The notes under the pieces: model-generated
The model's database searches: none
The model's input: the letters and a program-made list of their open reading frames with translations, nothing else
Told to the model about the DNA's origin: nothing
Translations under genes and position numbers: made by a program
NCBI GenBank assembly: GCA_964016885.1
Contig: OZ024740.1
Coordinates: forward strand, 281,046,001 to 281,110,000
Direction of reading: 5' to 3'
Length of the DNA: 64,000 nucleotides
Source: Eledone cirrhosa
Taxonomy: Eukaryota
Shown: one piece after another, positions 26,388-39,930 of the stretch
How positions within the stretch are numbered: position 1 is the first letter of the stretch
Layout of the letters: the number at the start of each line of letters is the position of its first letter

Positions 26388-26529
26388 AATATATAAACAA
26401 CTATCTGGTTGTGGAACCAACCAACCAACCAGAAATTTATAAATTTATAAATTTATTATAAATTTATTATAATAAATTGAAGTGAAAGCAACTGGTGCGT
26501 GTGTTTCTTATGACCCTCCCAAAAGTATT

Positions 26530-26561
<32 letters not shown>

Positions 26562-26668
26562 CAGAGCTGGCCATGAATAGATTACCAATTACAAAGAAGC
26601 ATAATAGCACTGCTCTTAACATTTAATATAACTTTATTAACGTATATGAACTACGTATTATTATCTTA

Positions 26669-27619
26669 CTAGCAGTAAAGCCCGGCGTTGCTCGGGGTCG
26701 CTCAGTAGCTGTGTTAAAGTTACAATGTTAAGTTTCTTTCTTGGCTTAAAAACTGTAGTGTCTACTGTGCAGACTTGCATGCGGTGTTTTTGATTAATAT
26801 TCCCTCAACCAACAATATGCCTTATGAAGTTAAGAAAACATAACGATAACCCGAATGTTATAACAAAAGAGGATGCTGGGGATAGAAACTGCACTGGTTA
26901 TTTATTAACAAAGATCGAAAATGTAAACACTGCAACGCAGAGAAAAACATTAGCGTAACCAAATTATCAGTTATGTCTGTCTGCACGCCTATATCACCTC
27001 TCTGCACGACTGTCTGTCTGCACGCCTATATCACCTCTCTGCACGACTGTCTGTCTGCACGCCTATATCACCTCTCTGCACGACTGTCTGTCTGCACGCC
27101 TATATCACCTCTCTGCACGACTGTCTGTCTGCACGCCTATATCACCTCTCTGCACGACTGTCTGTCTGCACGACTGTCTGTCTGCACGCCTAACGACGAA
27201 ATATTTGCTTGTTTTACGTAGTCTTTAAATAGACTTGTTTTCAAGTAAAAATATTGTTTTAAAATGCTTTTAAATGGAAATGAAGCAAAACGGAAGCTTA
27301 GTGTTCGAACTGATGAATTTTGCAGGTCAATATTTTGCTGGCTCGACAACTGTTAAAGCCAGCGTAATTTTTTACGTAAGACGCTCAATGTAAACAGAAC
27401 AAAGGGAAATAACTGATAACTTACGCTCAAAAATCGATACATTATATTCGATTTCGTCACATAGGGCGGGTCAATTTGAAATTTTTTTTTTCCGATGTCT
27501 TCGCTAGGGCTCAATGTACAAGTATAGCAATTTCGGTGCAATTGCGTGAGAGATTCTAAGAGGAGATGTGTGCCAAAAATCGATAGACAGACAGACAACC
27601 ACAGTTTTATATATATAGA
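26669..27619 (-). mobile_element. Non-autonomous Helitron
   Basis: The minus strand starts A|TCTATATATA, carries a (CTGT)n tract, and ends with the hairpin cccgagcaacgccggg followed by CTAG|T. Homologous to 52401-53175. Confidence 0.85.
26975..27191. repeat. 37 bp minisatellite (~5.5 copies) inside the Helitron
   Basis: Unit tgtctgtctgcacgcctatatcacctctctgcacgac repeated head to tail. Confidence 0.92.
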
Positions 27620-27623
27620 TTAG

Positions 27624-27775
27624 CTTTCCAGTATAGTTACGTCCCTTTACGGTCTGAGTTCAAATCCCGCCGAGGTTAACTTTGCCTTTCATCCTTACAG
27701 GCTCGATTAAATAAAGTACCAGTAATGTACTAGCTATTTGCTGGCCTTATGCCAAAAGTAGAAACAATTATTATC
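27624..27775 (+). mobile_element. tRNA-derived SINE (5'-truncated)
   Basis: ctgagttcaaatcccgccgaggttaactttgcctttcatcc...agtagaaacaattatt. Confidence 0.8.
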
Positions 27776-27907
27776 TTTGGAATACAGTTTATTAGAAATA
27801 TGGTTTCCAATTTATTCAAAATTCCTAACCCAAGAAGATAATTATGTATTTATAAACATTATAAAATGACAATATCTAAAATTATGTAGTAATGGATGCA
27901 TACTTAC

Positions 27908-28378
27908 CGCCATAGGCTTTCTTAGCGGGGCTCTGATTGCTTGATGACGATCAAATGCAATAACAAGTAACATGTTTGTACTGGCCATCATGGAAAAACT
28001 CTGCAAGAATTTAACAAGCTTGCACATGAATGCTCCCGCAAGCCATTCACGATCAACATACTCCCAGATTAGTTGTGGTAACGATGCAAATAAAATAACA
28101 GATAAATCAGCAGCTGAAAGGTTAAGAATTAGAAGGTTGACTCGCGACTTCCATCGACGATTGAATTTCATCCATATTAACAAAAGTAACCCCCCAATTG
28201 TACCTCCGATTATAATGAAATAGAGGCACGTCAGCCGTATCTCTTTTGAGTATGATTTGTCATGAACACTTTCGATTGAATTACTAAAATTCTGTTGAAC
28301 ATTCTCGAATGTACTCATAGTAGTGTAAGATGGAGATGTCCATTTCTTGTTGTACCAGGATTCATTTAATTTAGTCAT
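27908..28378 (-). CDS. Class A neuropeptide GPCR (vasopressin/CCAP/GnRH receptor superfamily), coding exon 1 (N-terminus, TM1-TM3)
   Basis: The ORF gives TM1 (LTCLYFIIIGGTIGGLLLL), TM2 (NLSAADLSVILF..LPQLIW), ECL1 WLAGAFMCK and TM3 ending DRHQAI. Donor GCG|GTAAGT at 27907 (phase 0). Polypyrimidine tract plus CAG acceptor at ~28435, upstream of the ATG. Confidence 0.93.
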
Positions 28379-28752
28379 CTTGATAATAAATATTTATTCT
28401 TTTGATTTGCAGCGTAAAGAATTAGTAGATTCAACTGAAATGAAGGAAAAAATAGAAGTTATATTTTAAAGGAAATGTTCTTAACGTCAAAAAATTGTGT
28501 AGCTTCATTGTGTGATAAATATATAATGAGATCAATTGTGCATTATTTTCTTAAACAATCTTCTATGAATCATTTCTTTTTTCTGTTGAGATTCAAGATT
28601 ATAAACTCTTTGACAAGACAAGTTAACATTCATACATACTTTCTTATATGTTCCTTCTAGGTTTATAATGAGTAAACATCTAGAAATCCTGACGATGGAC
28701 ATAGCAGTTCATATTAGTTTAATCACCGATATACAGACGTTCATGTATGTAT

Positions 28753-30140
28753 GTTCTTCTTGTTTTATAATTCTATATATTTTTACCAATAGAGAGTGTG
28801 CCGGATTCTAACATAGACACATCACACTCTCATTGGAATTTACACAACATCAACTAGGTAGATATGCATGTATGTCTGTATGCATGCATGTGTGTGCGGG
28901 TATGGATGTTAGTGTATGTGTGGATGTGAATGCTTTGAGTTATATGTGTGCATGTGTATATGGTTTATATCTGTAAATGTGCACATGTACTTATTACATG
29001 CAGAATTTTTTGAATGTCTTACATATTTTTACTGTTCCATTAATGTATTGTACTTATAACTTCCTAACTAGTCGTGTATTTTCTGATTCTGTGAAGCCTA
29101 GCCTCTCAAGGTTTGTACTGCAGTAGTTACTAACCTATCCCAGTGGCCCAATAATCACAAGTATAATTCTGTAGGTATAGTCAGAATTGAGTATCTGCAG
29201 ATTTCTCATTAGTTCTGCATAAATATTCTCCTTTTCGCTAATCTTTGATATTATATTGGCATCTGCTGGGCAGCTAACTTCCACTACTGTGCATGCCTTC
29301 TTTTACTTGTCCCATATCATAATATCTGGTCTGTTATGCCTGCATTTTATTGGGGTTTTTACTGGAACATTTAACCAGTACTCTTTCATATTATGTATGT
29401 GTATACCACATTTCGGTTAGTTTTAATATGTTTATTTTCGTGGATATATTTTCTACGAATTGCATTCTATAAATGTTTTGACCACTACATCATGCCTCAT
29501 AGGTAGATAGTACTGTGATGACATATTTGGACAGCTGCTCATATGAGTGACATCTTCGATTTTAATTCTGCAGAGTCTGCATTTGTTGTCACATGTAGGT
29601 GTTTTGCCTGCATCCCTATCACTTTTGTGAATCAGGTATTTTGTATTGATTTCATGTTCTTGGATTTCAAAAAGCGTATCCTTCAAAGCGGGAGCCAATG
29701 TAGCGGTTGTTGGTTCAAGATAAGATTACTTTGGTTATCTATATTACTCTCACTCTGGTGCCTCCTGGCAAGATATCTATGCATGATTTTTTGCTGATAA
29801 GCATGCAGTTTTTCATCCATGGATTCACTGCGGTACTGCTGGCAATTTGCCTGTGTGTGAGTTTTTGATTATCATGCAGGGAGTATCTTTCAAGGAGTTC
29901 TTTCCCAACTCTGATGATCTTATCCATCTCATGGAGATAGACTTTCTCAATAGATGTGCTACTACGCTTGGAGGTTTGTAGATGTCGGAGGGATATGAAG
30001 TGACATTCAAATGCTGCCTGGACTGATGTTAGGCCTCTGCCTCCCTGCTTATGTTTCAAGTAGAGGCGGTCAATGTCGTTGTTGATGTGGAGGTTTCCGG
30101 TGTTGTTTATGATTTTTCATGTTTTAAAATCAATTTCTCA
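28753..30140 (-). mobile_element. R4/Dong-like LINE 3' fragment (same family as 16330)
   Basis: GGRGL, CRLC, MRHD, RPDIMIWD, shared 3' UTR. (TATG) at both junctions. Confidence 0.88.
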
Positions 30141-30154
30141 ATGTATGTATGTGT

Positions 30155-30437
30155 GGAGGCACGTAGCCTAGTGGTAACGGTGTTGGACATATGATCATGA
30201 TGTCGTGGATTCGATTCTAAGGCTGGGCTGTGTGTTGTATTCTTGAGCAAACCACTTAGTTTCGTTGCTCCAGTATACTCAACTGAAAATGATTACCTGA
30301 ATAGCTGGGGGTTTGACTCTACGATGGACTGGCGTTCTGCCCAGGGGCAAAAGCCTTGTAATCTCCATCGCTTGACGCCATGAAATGGGATAAGCACCGC
30401 CCCGAGGAGCCTCCTGACCTCAGACAGGCTTAGAGAC
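30155..30437 (+). mobile_element. Second tRNA-derived SINE family (CORE/V-like central domain)
   Basis: tagcctagtggtaa (A box), ggattcgattct (B box), cttgagcaaaccactt...ttgctccag...aaatgattacc, cgatggactggcgt...ccagggg, then a (TATG) tail. Confidence 0.7.
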
Positions 30438-30459
30438 ATGTATTTATGTATGTATGTAT

Positions 30460-31330
30460 GTTCTAATTTTATAATTTCACAAATGTTTGCCAATAGGGAG
30501 AAGAGAGTCGGTTTCTAACATAGTTACAAGACTCTCTCATTGGAATTTACACCACATCAACTAGTAGATATGTATGTATGCATGCGTGTGCAAGTACGGA
30601 TGTTATTGTATGTGTTGATGTGTATGTTTTGAGTTGTATGTGTTCATGTACATACGCTTTGTATCTGTAAATGTGTACATGCAATTATTAGATGCAAAAT
30701 TTTTGGAATGTTTTACATATTTTTACTGGTCCATTAATGGATTGTACTTGTAATTTCCTAACTAGTTGTGTTTCTGTGAAGCCCAGTTTATCAAGATTTG
30801 TATTGAGGCAGTTATTAACATATCTCAGTGCCCCAATAATCACAAGTATAAATCTGATGGTATAATCAGGGTGGAGTATCTACAGATTTCTCATTAGTTC
30901 TGCATAAATATTCTCCTTTTCACTAATCTTTGATATTATATTGGCATCTGCTAGGCAGCTAACTTCCACTACTGTGCATGTTTTCTTCTCCCTGTCCCAT
31001 ATCATAATATCTGGTCTGTTATGCCTGCATTTTATTGGGGGTTTTACTGGAACATTCCACCAGTACTCTTTCATATTATGTATATGTATGTCTTCCACAT
31101 TGCTGTAGCTTTTAATGCGTTTATTATCGGGGCTATCTTTTCTACTGATTGCATCGTACAGTGTTTTGACCACTACATCATACCTCATAGGTAGATAGTA
31201 CCGCGATGACATCTTTGGACAACTGCTTACGATATGGGTGACATCTTCAATGTTAATTCTGCAGAGTCTGCACTTGTCACATCTGGTTGTTTTGCATACA
31301 TCCCTATCTCTTTTGTGAATTAAATATTTC
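30460..31330 (-). mobile_element. R4/Dong-like LINE 3' fragment (same family)
   Basis: HNRPDIMIWDREKKTCTVVEVSC..KENIY RLE domain, shared 3' UTR, (TATG) junctions. Confidence 0.88.
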
Positions 31331-31444
31331 GTAAGTATGTATGTATATACATATGTATATAATTATATATGTATATATGTATATACATGTATACATGTGT
31401 ATGTATATGTGTATGTACATGTATACATATGTATATATATGCGC

Positions 31445-31735
31445 GGGGACATATAAATAATCGGTCTGGATACCCGATCACGCAGTTAAACCACTGGGAG
31501 TGAAGGAGCCCTTGCCTTTTCAGGGCATTCTTCTAAGAGAAGGTAACTCAGGAAACTGGGATAACACCTACATAAAACCTGCAGCTCAGTAGTTACCGAT
31601 GATGTAGATCTTTTCTTCTTTTCGGGTTATAGCTACAGTCGTACAGGCATTGCATGATAGCATTAATTGATAATTATTAATAATGTTATATCGTGCAATT
31701 GCCATACTCGATAACGAGGGAGCAGCCATCGTGTA
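31445..31735 (+). mobile_element. Diverged short RTE-derived element
   Basis: ctaagagaaggtaactcagga...gatgatgtagatcttttcttctt...tactcgataacgagggagcagccatc followed by (TATG)n, related to the 610 bp family. Confidence 0.55.
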
Positions 31736-33239
31736 TGTATGTATTTATGTTTGTATGTATATACGTATGCAAATTACATTTGTACCAAAGAAGATATGTC
31801 TTTATATCAGTTCTGTATTGTACCTGTGATAATAGGTAAAACTGAAAACCTATAACCGCTTACAAAAGCATTCCTTCACCATATACCTATTGTATTTTCA
31901 GAATTTCATACGAAACATTCATATAGGTTAGACATAAGCATCTTCAACATTTTCTTTAGAATGCTATCAAGTCTATTCTGTTTTCACTCTATTACTATTT
32001 TTTTATGTTCCACCAGTGCTTATTTATTTTTGAAAGCGTGGACATATTCTTTGTATTTTATATAACCCTTTAGACCTGCAGATAGAATTGTAAGTAGTAT
32101 GTATGTATGTATGTATGTATGTATGTATGTATGTATGTATGTATGTATATATGTATGTATGTATAGGTCATATAAAATGTCACATTGGTATTGAGAAGCG
32201 ACTCTGAATCAACATAACATGTTACCAACACAGAAGGCAATATTGAACAATGAGAATTAACTGAATAACATAAATATAAAATGCTCTATGCATCGCAACT
32301 TTTTAGAAGAGCCAGATACCAGATAACCAACATTCTGGGGGAAACTTTTCACTCTGTAATTCATATTGTGCTATGTTTATTTCCAAGACACACAATTATA
32401 CTTTATAATCTATCCCCACTATTCTATAGTTATGTCAAGGATGATTGCAATGTTTTCTTTATAATTCACATCATCTGCCATCTGTTCTAATCCTATGATT
32501 TACTTTCTCTTCCAATTCTAAAGTGAAAATCAGAATACATATCCCCACTAATATATTTTTTTTTATATAAATATTATGCATTACTTGATATTACTACAGA
32601 ATACTATCGTCAAACAAAAGCTAACTTTTCTAGAAAGTAAACTTAATATTTTGAATACAACCAGCTTGCTGTACATCATACTTTTCTGTAGATAAACTGA
32701 AAACCTACATATAGCAATCATTTTCAAATAGAAACGTTAAGCCAAGGGATCCCTAAAGTGATATCCTTTATTATTTAGTTCTTAAAAACGTCAGTAATTA
32801 CCAGATTCATTCCATTTTATTGGATTTCATTTGCTTCCAAATAACATGAGGACAGTTAAGAATAATTTTATCGAATATTATTTCTACTTAGAGAGGTTTA
32901 CGAGTAGTTAGTATTATATATACATATATACATACTATTGCACCTTTTTGGTACATATTGGATTGCCCAAAGTGTCCCTTTTCTAATTTAAGATGTAAGG
33001 TATGATTTAAAGGAAATTTGGCCGCTGTTTCTAGCAGGTGAAGCAACCGTAGAGAAACATTATCTCGTTGGGTCGAATGATACCTGATTGCTGTTTTTAG
33101 TCACAAATCAACTCACAGCAAACAAACTTATGAAGAAAGGCGTCCCAGTCATGATCATCAAGCGTTTTAAATATTAAGCCCTACATTTCAAATTGTGGTG
33201 TATGATTTGAAAGTGATTTAGCTGAAATTGCCAGTAGGT

Positions 33240-33990
33240 CCTTTGTTAAATTTAAACACCATAGAAATATGGCGGCCTCTGTCTTCGGTCTCCTATCCCA
33301 CTGGCCGTGCCTGCTTTCCTTTCGTCGATGACCCCTTCCCATGTCCTCATCAACAGGGTTCTCTTCAATACAACTAAACCTTCTGTGATCGATGAGCGTG
33401 AGTCGGCCTACATGGTATGGAACCAACTCGACTTCGGCCCTGTCAATATCAACCCACTCCCTCCTCTGTAGACGCATTTGTATTCCTCTGAGGCTCGGCT
33501 TCCGTGTCTGTGAACCTCACAAATGCCATTGCACTACCATTGTGGATAATTTCGGCCTCAACCCAAGGTCATGCCATTACATTGCTGGCTCCCTCTCAAC
33601 GAGATTATAAACCATGGCTTGGATGGTGCAGGCTTCCCTTCCCGTCTCGAGATAGTAGGGCTGGACCGAGAGGACAGCAAAAGCCCAGGCAGCATGAGGG
33701 TAGGCCCCTCATCTGGGATGCCACATGCTGTGACACATACTCAAGTGGCAATCTGGTGCGTTCGGCTACCAGTCCAGGCTCTGTTGCGAGCCAAGCCGAA
33801 GAGACCAAATTGTCCAAGTATCTTCTGCTCTCTGATAGGTTTGGAGACTTCCTGCGTTCTTGGCCCCCAGACCACACTGCCATCGGGGTGAAATTGGCCG
33901 CCCGCATGTGCGAGCTCCTGCGAGGTGTAGTGGCTATTTTAGTGCGTCTCCTTCCCCGTCCCCTGGGGCAATGCATTATCCATCTTGTCA
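33240..33990 (+). mobile_element. CRE-clade RLE non-LTR retrotransposon C-terminal fragment
   Basis: RICIPLRLG..CEPHKCHC, LNEII..AGFPSRLE..GLDREDSK, GRPLIWDATCCDT, AEETKLSKY, ETSCVLGP across frameshifts. Confidence 0.8.
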
Positions 33991-34527
33991 ACCGGAACCC
34001 AGAGGCAGGGGGCAAGTTAGTTGGTGGCGGGGGATACTCGTTCGGACGTCACCTCTCCAACAAAAGTATATTTACAAATTCAAATACATATTCTCATAGA
34101 CACAGGTTAATATCAAATTACATAATGGGTGGGGGCGAATACTCTTAGGCTGTGAGAGAAGAGGCAGTTCAGATGATGCACCCGTCAGCCAGAAATCACC
34201 CCCCCCCCTTTTCTCTTACTTACATTTTCTATTTAAATCATTCAAAGTAGTGTTGGTGTAAGAGAGGTGTGAAGTATGAATTCTTTGTTTCGTCACTTCG
34301 GAGAATTGTTTGGTATGAGAGGCGATGTAAGATATGATTTACCAAGAGAAGGTTTGATAAGTGATGAGAGGAATGGCTGGCAGTGTTTTCATTACATATA
34401 TAAACATATTTACATAAGCTCTATTAAGAATTTTAACAGAATTTGCACAAATAGCTAAAATCACAGTTTTCAGTCCTATAATCACATAGCAAAAGCACAT
34501 CAGGGAAACTTCGATGATTTAAATTAA

Positions 34528-34690
34528 TTGTTTCTACTTTTGGCACAAGGCCAGCAATTACCCAGTACATTACTGGTACTTTATTTTATCGACCCGTAAG
34601 GATGAAAGGCAAAGTTAACCTCGGCGGGACTTGAACTCAGATCACAAAGGGACGTAACTCTATGCTTCAAAGCATGGCGTCCGACCCTTA
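34528..34690 (-). mobile_element. tRNA-derived SINE
   Basis: Reverse complement of the family consensus. Confidence 0.82.
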
Positions 34691-35216
34691 CAGTTCCATT
34701 GGTGCTATTGTACAAACAATGTATTGTTATTTAGCAATGCAGCCAATTTCGGAAGAACATTAGAATTAAATATTTAAGATATAAACGAGTAGACTCAATA
34801 TACATGTAAATTATCTCGTTACATTAATCGAATCGATTTGTTTTTTTCTTTACATTTGGCTGCATTGTCGTACCGATTGTATTGCAATGTCTCTTAAAGG
34901 GTCTTCTCTATTAGGCTTTAAATAGATGACGTATATAAATGTATACCATTTAGTGTGTAGCTAACTGAAGTAAATGCAACTGAAAATGATCTTGAATGCT
35001 TGCAAACGCATTTAAATATCGTTTAGAAAATTCAACGATACATGATATGCCGAAAAGTAGAGACTACATTTGAGAATGACGAATGAGTATCACTTTTGTT
35101 TTAAATGTAAGATCTAATAATTGAATTTAGAATTTGTACTCTGTTTGTATTTAAGAAATCCCCCCCCCCCCGCCTTTTTCTATCTATCTCGCCCATTCTC
35201 TCTGTTTCGATATATA

Positions 35217-35257
<41 letters not shown>

Positions 35258-35326
35258 AACACACACACACACAATGATTTTGGTTTCTCCTCTACGACCC
35301 GCATGAGATAATTAGTGACAGATACT

Positions 35327-35510
35327 TGTTTCTACTTTAGGCACAAGGCCAGCAATTACCCAGTGCATTACTGGTCCTTTATTTTATCGACCCCGTAAGG
35401 ATGAAAGGCAAAGTCAACCTCGGCGGGATTTGAACTCAGATCGTAAAGGGACGTAACTATGCTTGAAAGCATGGCGTCCGACCCTCTACCGATACTGCCA
35501 ATCCACCGCC
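35327..35510 (-). mobile_element. tRNA-derived SINE, full length
   Basis: Reverse complement of the 10618 family with intact A and B boxes. Confidence 0.85.
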
Positions 35511-35559
35511 CTTTTTAGTGACAGATACTATCAACTTATTCTAAATGAACTTACAAATT

Positions 35560-36240
35560 CCTAAGGGAATAGAATAGATAGCTATAATTAAACACATTTT
35601 GAATTTAAGGATATTGCTAGAAAGTTAAAGATTGACACATGAGTTGAATGCCGAACTAAAATTGATGCTCTTATCAAACAGGGGAACCACAAAAATAAAA
35701 AACTGACCTCACTAACAGATTCGGCTGTAGATTATTAAACCAAGCTAGAACTGAAATAGAGCAAGTTAATAAAACAATTAAAGAGATATTAAAGCAAACA
35801 TTAGGAATAACACAAATCTCTTACGGTGAAATAATACAAATTCAGTCAAACGATGGTTCAGAGATATGTCGCTAAATTTACACAGTTCGGCTTGTGTCCA
35901 TCTATGTCTAGGCTACTATTAGTTGATGCTTTAGAGTTCGCTCGTAGTTTTAGCTATATTGGTGATCAGGAGTTAGAAATGATCATGCACGTTCGCAAAT
36001 CCTGCAGTTTGAGAATGGGTTTATATGGGTAAAATAAATCTGATCCAGATGATACATTTCAGGTCTTGGTGGGGTTGTAGAGATTTTTAAAATATGTTGC
36101 ACGGCTGGATTATATATTGTTCATACACTTAAGAAAATTTCCCCAACAACTCAATTAGTTTATATCGAGACGACAGTCTATCACACAATTGTGATCACCA
36201 TACCTTAGATATGTTTCGAAAGAAATACATCAAATGGCTC
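35560..36240 (+). mobile_element. Degenerate Penelope-like RT fragment
   Basis: DIARKLKID, a CRLLNQ-like segment, IMHVRKS and LYRDD (ttatatcgagacgac ~36160), with many stops. Confidence 0.55.
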
Positions 36241-37289
36241 TTTCTTTCACAAATGTAACGGCTGCGATTTTTCTCCTACAATGCCAGTTACATTGCTTCT
36301 ATTTCTGCATTTAATGATGTTTTACATCTCTATTATATCAGGCTGGTCTCGAGAGATTGCTGAGACTGGCATATCCTTGCAGGCATCCCACCGACATTGC
36401 ACTACAAAATAATAACCAGTCAGAGATCAATGTCGCTGAATAGCATCTTTACATTCCAGTGATTAATGCAGAGCGATTCGAGTCGAAAGCCGAGTATGTA
36501 ATATACTAAAGCCCCTTGATATTTCACTTTAGCTCTTGTCTTTAGGACCAGGCAAATGTCCTAATTAATCTGCCACGATCGATTCAAACTACACATTTTC
36601 GTACATCTGTCAGTGCCTACTACAAATGCGCTTTTGAATGCAATTGAAAACCCTAATCTGTGTACGTAAGAGTTAGGTTACTTTTCCCCGCTACCGTTCC
36701 TGAATCTTGCATAAGGAAATATTTGATTTGGTTATATATTTTTGCCACCTCAGCCTTTTCCCTACTTGTTGATAATATTCGACTTTTTTGTGTGCAACCA
36801 GCGGAAACAAGAATAATGTTTGTTGTTATTTTCTGGATTATACTGTTTGTGACGCTGAAATGCATTTGCCAGTGGCAATTAATTGCATTTCTTCCAGTGA
36901 AATGTTTAAAGTGCAAATATATATGTTAGGATTTTTATTGTTAACATTTTTGGCTGCAATTTCTGGGGTATAGCTTACTCATCATATTTGAAATGGCTGA
37001 CGGTAGAAATAATGGTTTGCGGATTAAAATCTCTCCTCATAAACGGGGGGAAAACCAAAAATAATATGCGTGCATCTATGAACAAAATTTATGCAAGAAA
37101 CATTGTTCAGCTTATCGTGTAATAGTATAATCCGATGATTTTCTAAATCACATGAGCGGCATATAGCACGTCAACAGCATTAACACAAAACATAAAGATA
37201 ATACATATCGTTTTTCTACATTCAAAACAGCTAATTATTACTACTGTAACGCTGCACGCTCCTATATATGCATGTAGACATACATACAT

Positions 37290-37892
37290 GGTGGCTGCCA
37301 ACTCGTTTTCGAGTACGGCCACTACTTTGTATCCATTTAGGAGAACCCCTACCGATGCCCTGAACGAGTGTGACTTTTTAGTCCAGCCAGTGACTTGAAA
37401 ACTCTGGTACAAACACTACACTTGTGACAATTATTGACACAGTGCTGGGCCCATGGTACCATGTGACGACAAGTGCAGAGAGATCTCCAGATATAAAGCA
37501 ATGCCTGCGCCGTGAAGCTTTTAGAGTGAGCAAAGGCACTGCACAAAGCCAGTCCCACTCTCTTAACCAAGATGATATTTACCAAAAAGAAGAACAAGTC
37601 AACATCATTGGATACCATCAGGGTTGCAGGTGTTATATCAGAGTTTTCCTTCTCCTAGAATTCTGCCTTGACAAAGGCTAAGGGGTCATATCTCCCTGTG
37701 ATTTTGGATGGCCATTGACTCTTAAGAGCTCCTTTGCACTTTGACAGGTTTTGTTTTTAGTCCTGCAGCATGTCCAAAGTCACCCTCCTCACCAAGAAAC
37801 ATTGGTGGGGTTGCCAGTTTAGTCGCCAACAACCCGACCATGAGACAGGTTGTACTGGGATACATGTTACCAGTAGCACCAACTGGTGACCT

Positions 37893-37895
<3 letters not shown>
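37290..37895 (-). mobile_element. Non-autonomous RTE-derived element (copy 3)
   Basis: Reverse complement of 19179-19788, flanked by (TA)n/(CATA)n. Confidence 0.88.
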
Positions 37896-37982
<87 letters not shown>

Positions 37983-38069
37983 CATAGATATATATACATA
38001 CACATATACAAACATATATATATACATACATATACATACATATATACATACATACATGGATATAAACAC

Positions 38070-38111
<42 letters not shown>

Positions 38112-38926
38112 TTAAGGTAAATATTGATGTAATTCAATTCAAGCACTCAACCTACTTTTTCCTCATAGGAGTGACGGAGTATATATCGAATAAGGAAAAG
38201 CGAAGTAGTTTCAGATGTTAAAGTCCTTTAATAATAATGCTGTGATAACAATGACAACAGTGGCCACACCCTTCGGTGTACCCAGTGCCGTGACATCATC
38301 AGACAGCTTGTTACATAATAAGGTTATGTTTCCGAGGCAATCCAAATTGAATCGGCAGGGGAACGGACAAAGCGTGTGCTCTTGACTCCTTCGCCCGTTC
38401 CCTTGTGAGTCCCAATTCACCACCACCGGTCTGTGCAGGCGCAAGTCCGAAGGAAGTTGACCATCAACTACCCCAAAGTTCTACGAAACTCGACTAGGCG
38501 GGTCACCCTCCCAACCAAACAATCACCCCATCCAGGTCTGTAATATGACACGGTTATAATTTACTGCTAGTCGCCCTGCCAGTGGCAGTTGGCCGAAACC
38601 TAGTGGGGTGGGAGAATATGAGTTTCAATAGGTATCAATACTACCCCTAAATTAAGCATGGAAAATAGAATTGACCATCACCCGCTAAGAGAATATATAC
38701 TTATTTCTAGGTATTATGGTTTCACAGTGGAAATTATGATTGAAAATTAAAAATTAAAAATTAAAAGTTAAAAAAATTACAAGTTAAAATCTTTATAGAA
38801 GTAAGTAAAAAAAACATGTACATATAATAACTAATAAATGTGGAGATGTTTAAATTATAGTAAGAAGTTTTGAATGGGATCATTGAAATATGTATCACAC
38901 CATTATCATTAAAGGACATCTGAAAC

Positions 38927-38976
<50 letters not shown>

Positions 38977-39094
38977 AAAGTTATATTTAAATTGTTGGGT
39001 TACAACTAGTAAATATTTATAACTGATATAAAAGCACTCAACAAGTATTTGAACGGTATGTCAAATCTATTTATCTATAAAACTGTCTATATTG

Positions 39095-39160
39095 TATTTT
39101 GTCTGAGGAAGGCATAACATATTGTTAATATTATATCCCTGAAATATATATAATGAAATA
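39095..39160 (+). ncRNA. Minimal hammerhead motif
   Basis: tattttgt-CTGAGGA-AGG...CCT-GAAA-TATATA-TA-atgaaata. Confidence 0.65.
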
Positions 39161-39200
39161 AATATGGTTTTATAAATATAGTTTCCATTTATTTAATATC

Positions 39201-39260
<60 letters not shown>

Positions 39261-39311
39261 CACACACACACAAATAATAAGATTCCCATTAATTCTACAT
39301 CTAGTAATACA

Positions 39312-39312
39312 G

Positions 39313-39377
<65 letters not shown>
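39312..39377. repeat. (TAA)n microsatellite forming the SINE tail
   Basis: Direct reading of the sequence. Confidence 0.9.
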
Positions 39378-39559
39378 TGTTTCTACTTTAGGCACAAGGC
39401 CAGCAATTACCAGTGCATTACTGGTACTTTATTTTATCGACCCCGTAAGGATGAAAGGCAAAGTCAACCTCGGCGGGATTTGAACTCAGATGGTAAAGGG
39501 ACGTAACTATGCTGGAAAGCATGGCGTCCGACCCTCTACCGATACTGCCAATCCACCGC
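39376..39559 (-). mobile_element. tRNA-derived SINE, full length
   Basis: Near-identical to 35327-35510. Confidence 0.85.
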
Positions 39560-39566
39560 ATAATAA

Positions 39567-39930
39567 TGTGGATGTGGCCTGCCCTTTCGACACGAGAGTG
39601 CAAGAGAAGGAGAGGGAGAAAATTAACCGATACCAGGACCTAAAGTGGGAGGTGAAAAGGATTTGGAACTGCCATGAAGTCAAAGTGATCCCGATTGTCA
39701 TAGGCGCACTGGGGACTATCTCCAAAAGTTTCCAGGGATGGTTAAAGAAAATCGGCCCCTTCACGCTTTTTGGAACGCTTCAAAAGGCATGCTTGCTTGG
39801 AACAGCAAGAACCCTCCGATACGTCCTGAATATCTGAGGCTGCAGGTAGTGGCTTGATATTCATTCCAACGGACTTTCCAGTTAACCAAAATCAATGACT
39901 GAGATTCAAGGAATAACAACAATAATAATA
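39567..39930 (+). mobile_element. R4/Dong-like LINE 3' fragment
   Basis: DVACPFD..EKINRYQDLK..PIVIGALG..LQKACLLGTARTLR, (TAA) tail. Near-identical to 45795-46160. Confidence 0.88.

Noticed and set aside
26975-27191. 37 bp repeats of CRISPR-like length
   Set aside because: Contiguous tandem units with no spacers and no cas genes, in a eukaryotic context inside a Helitron.
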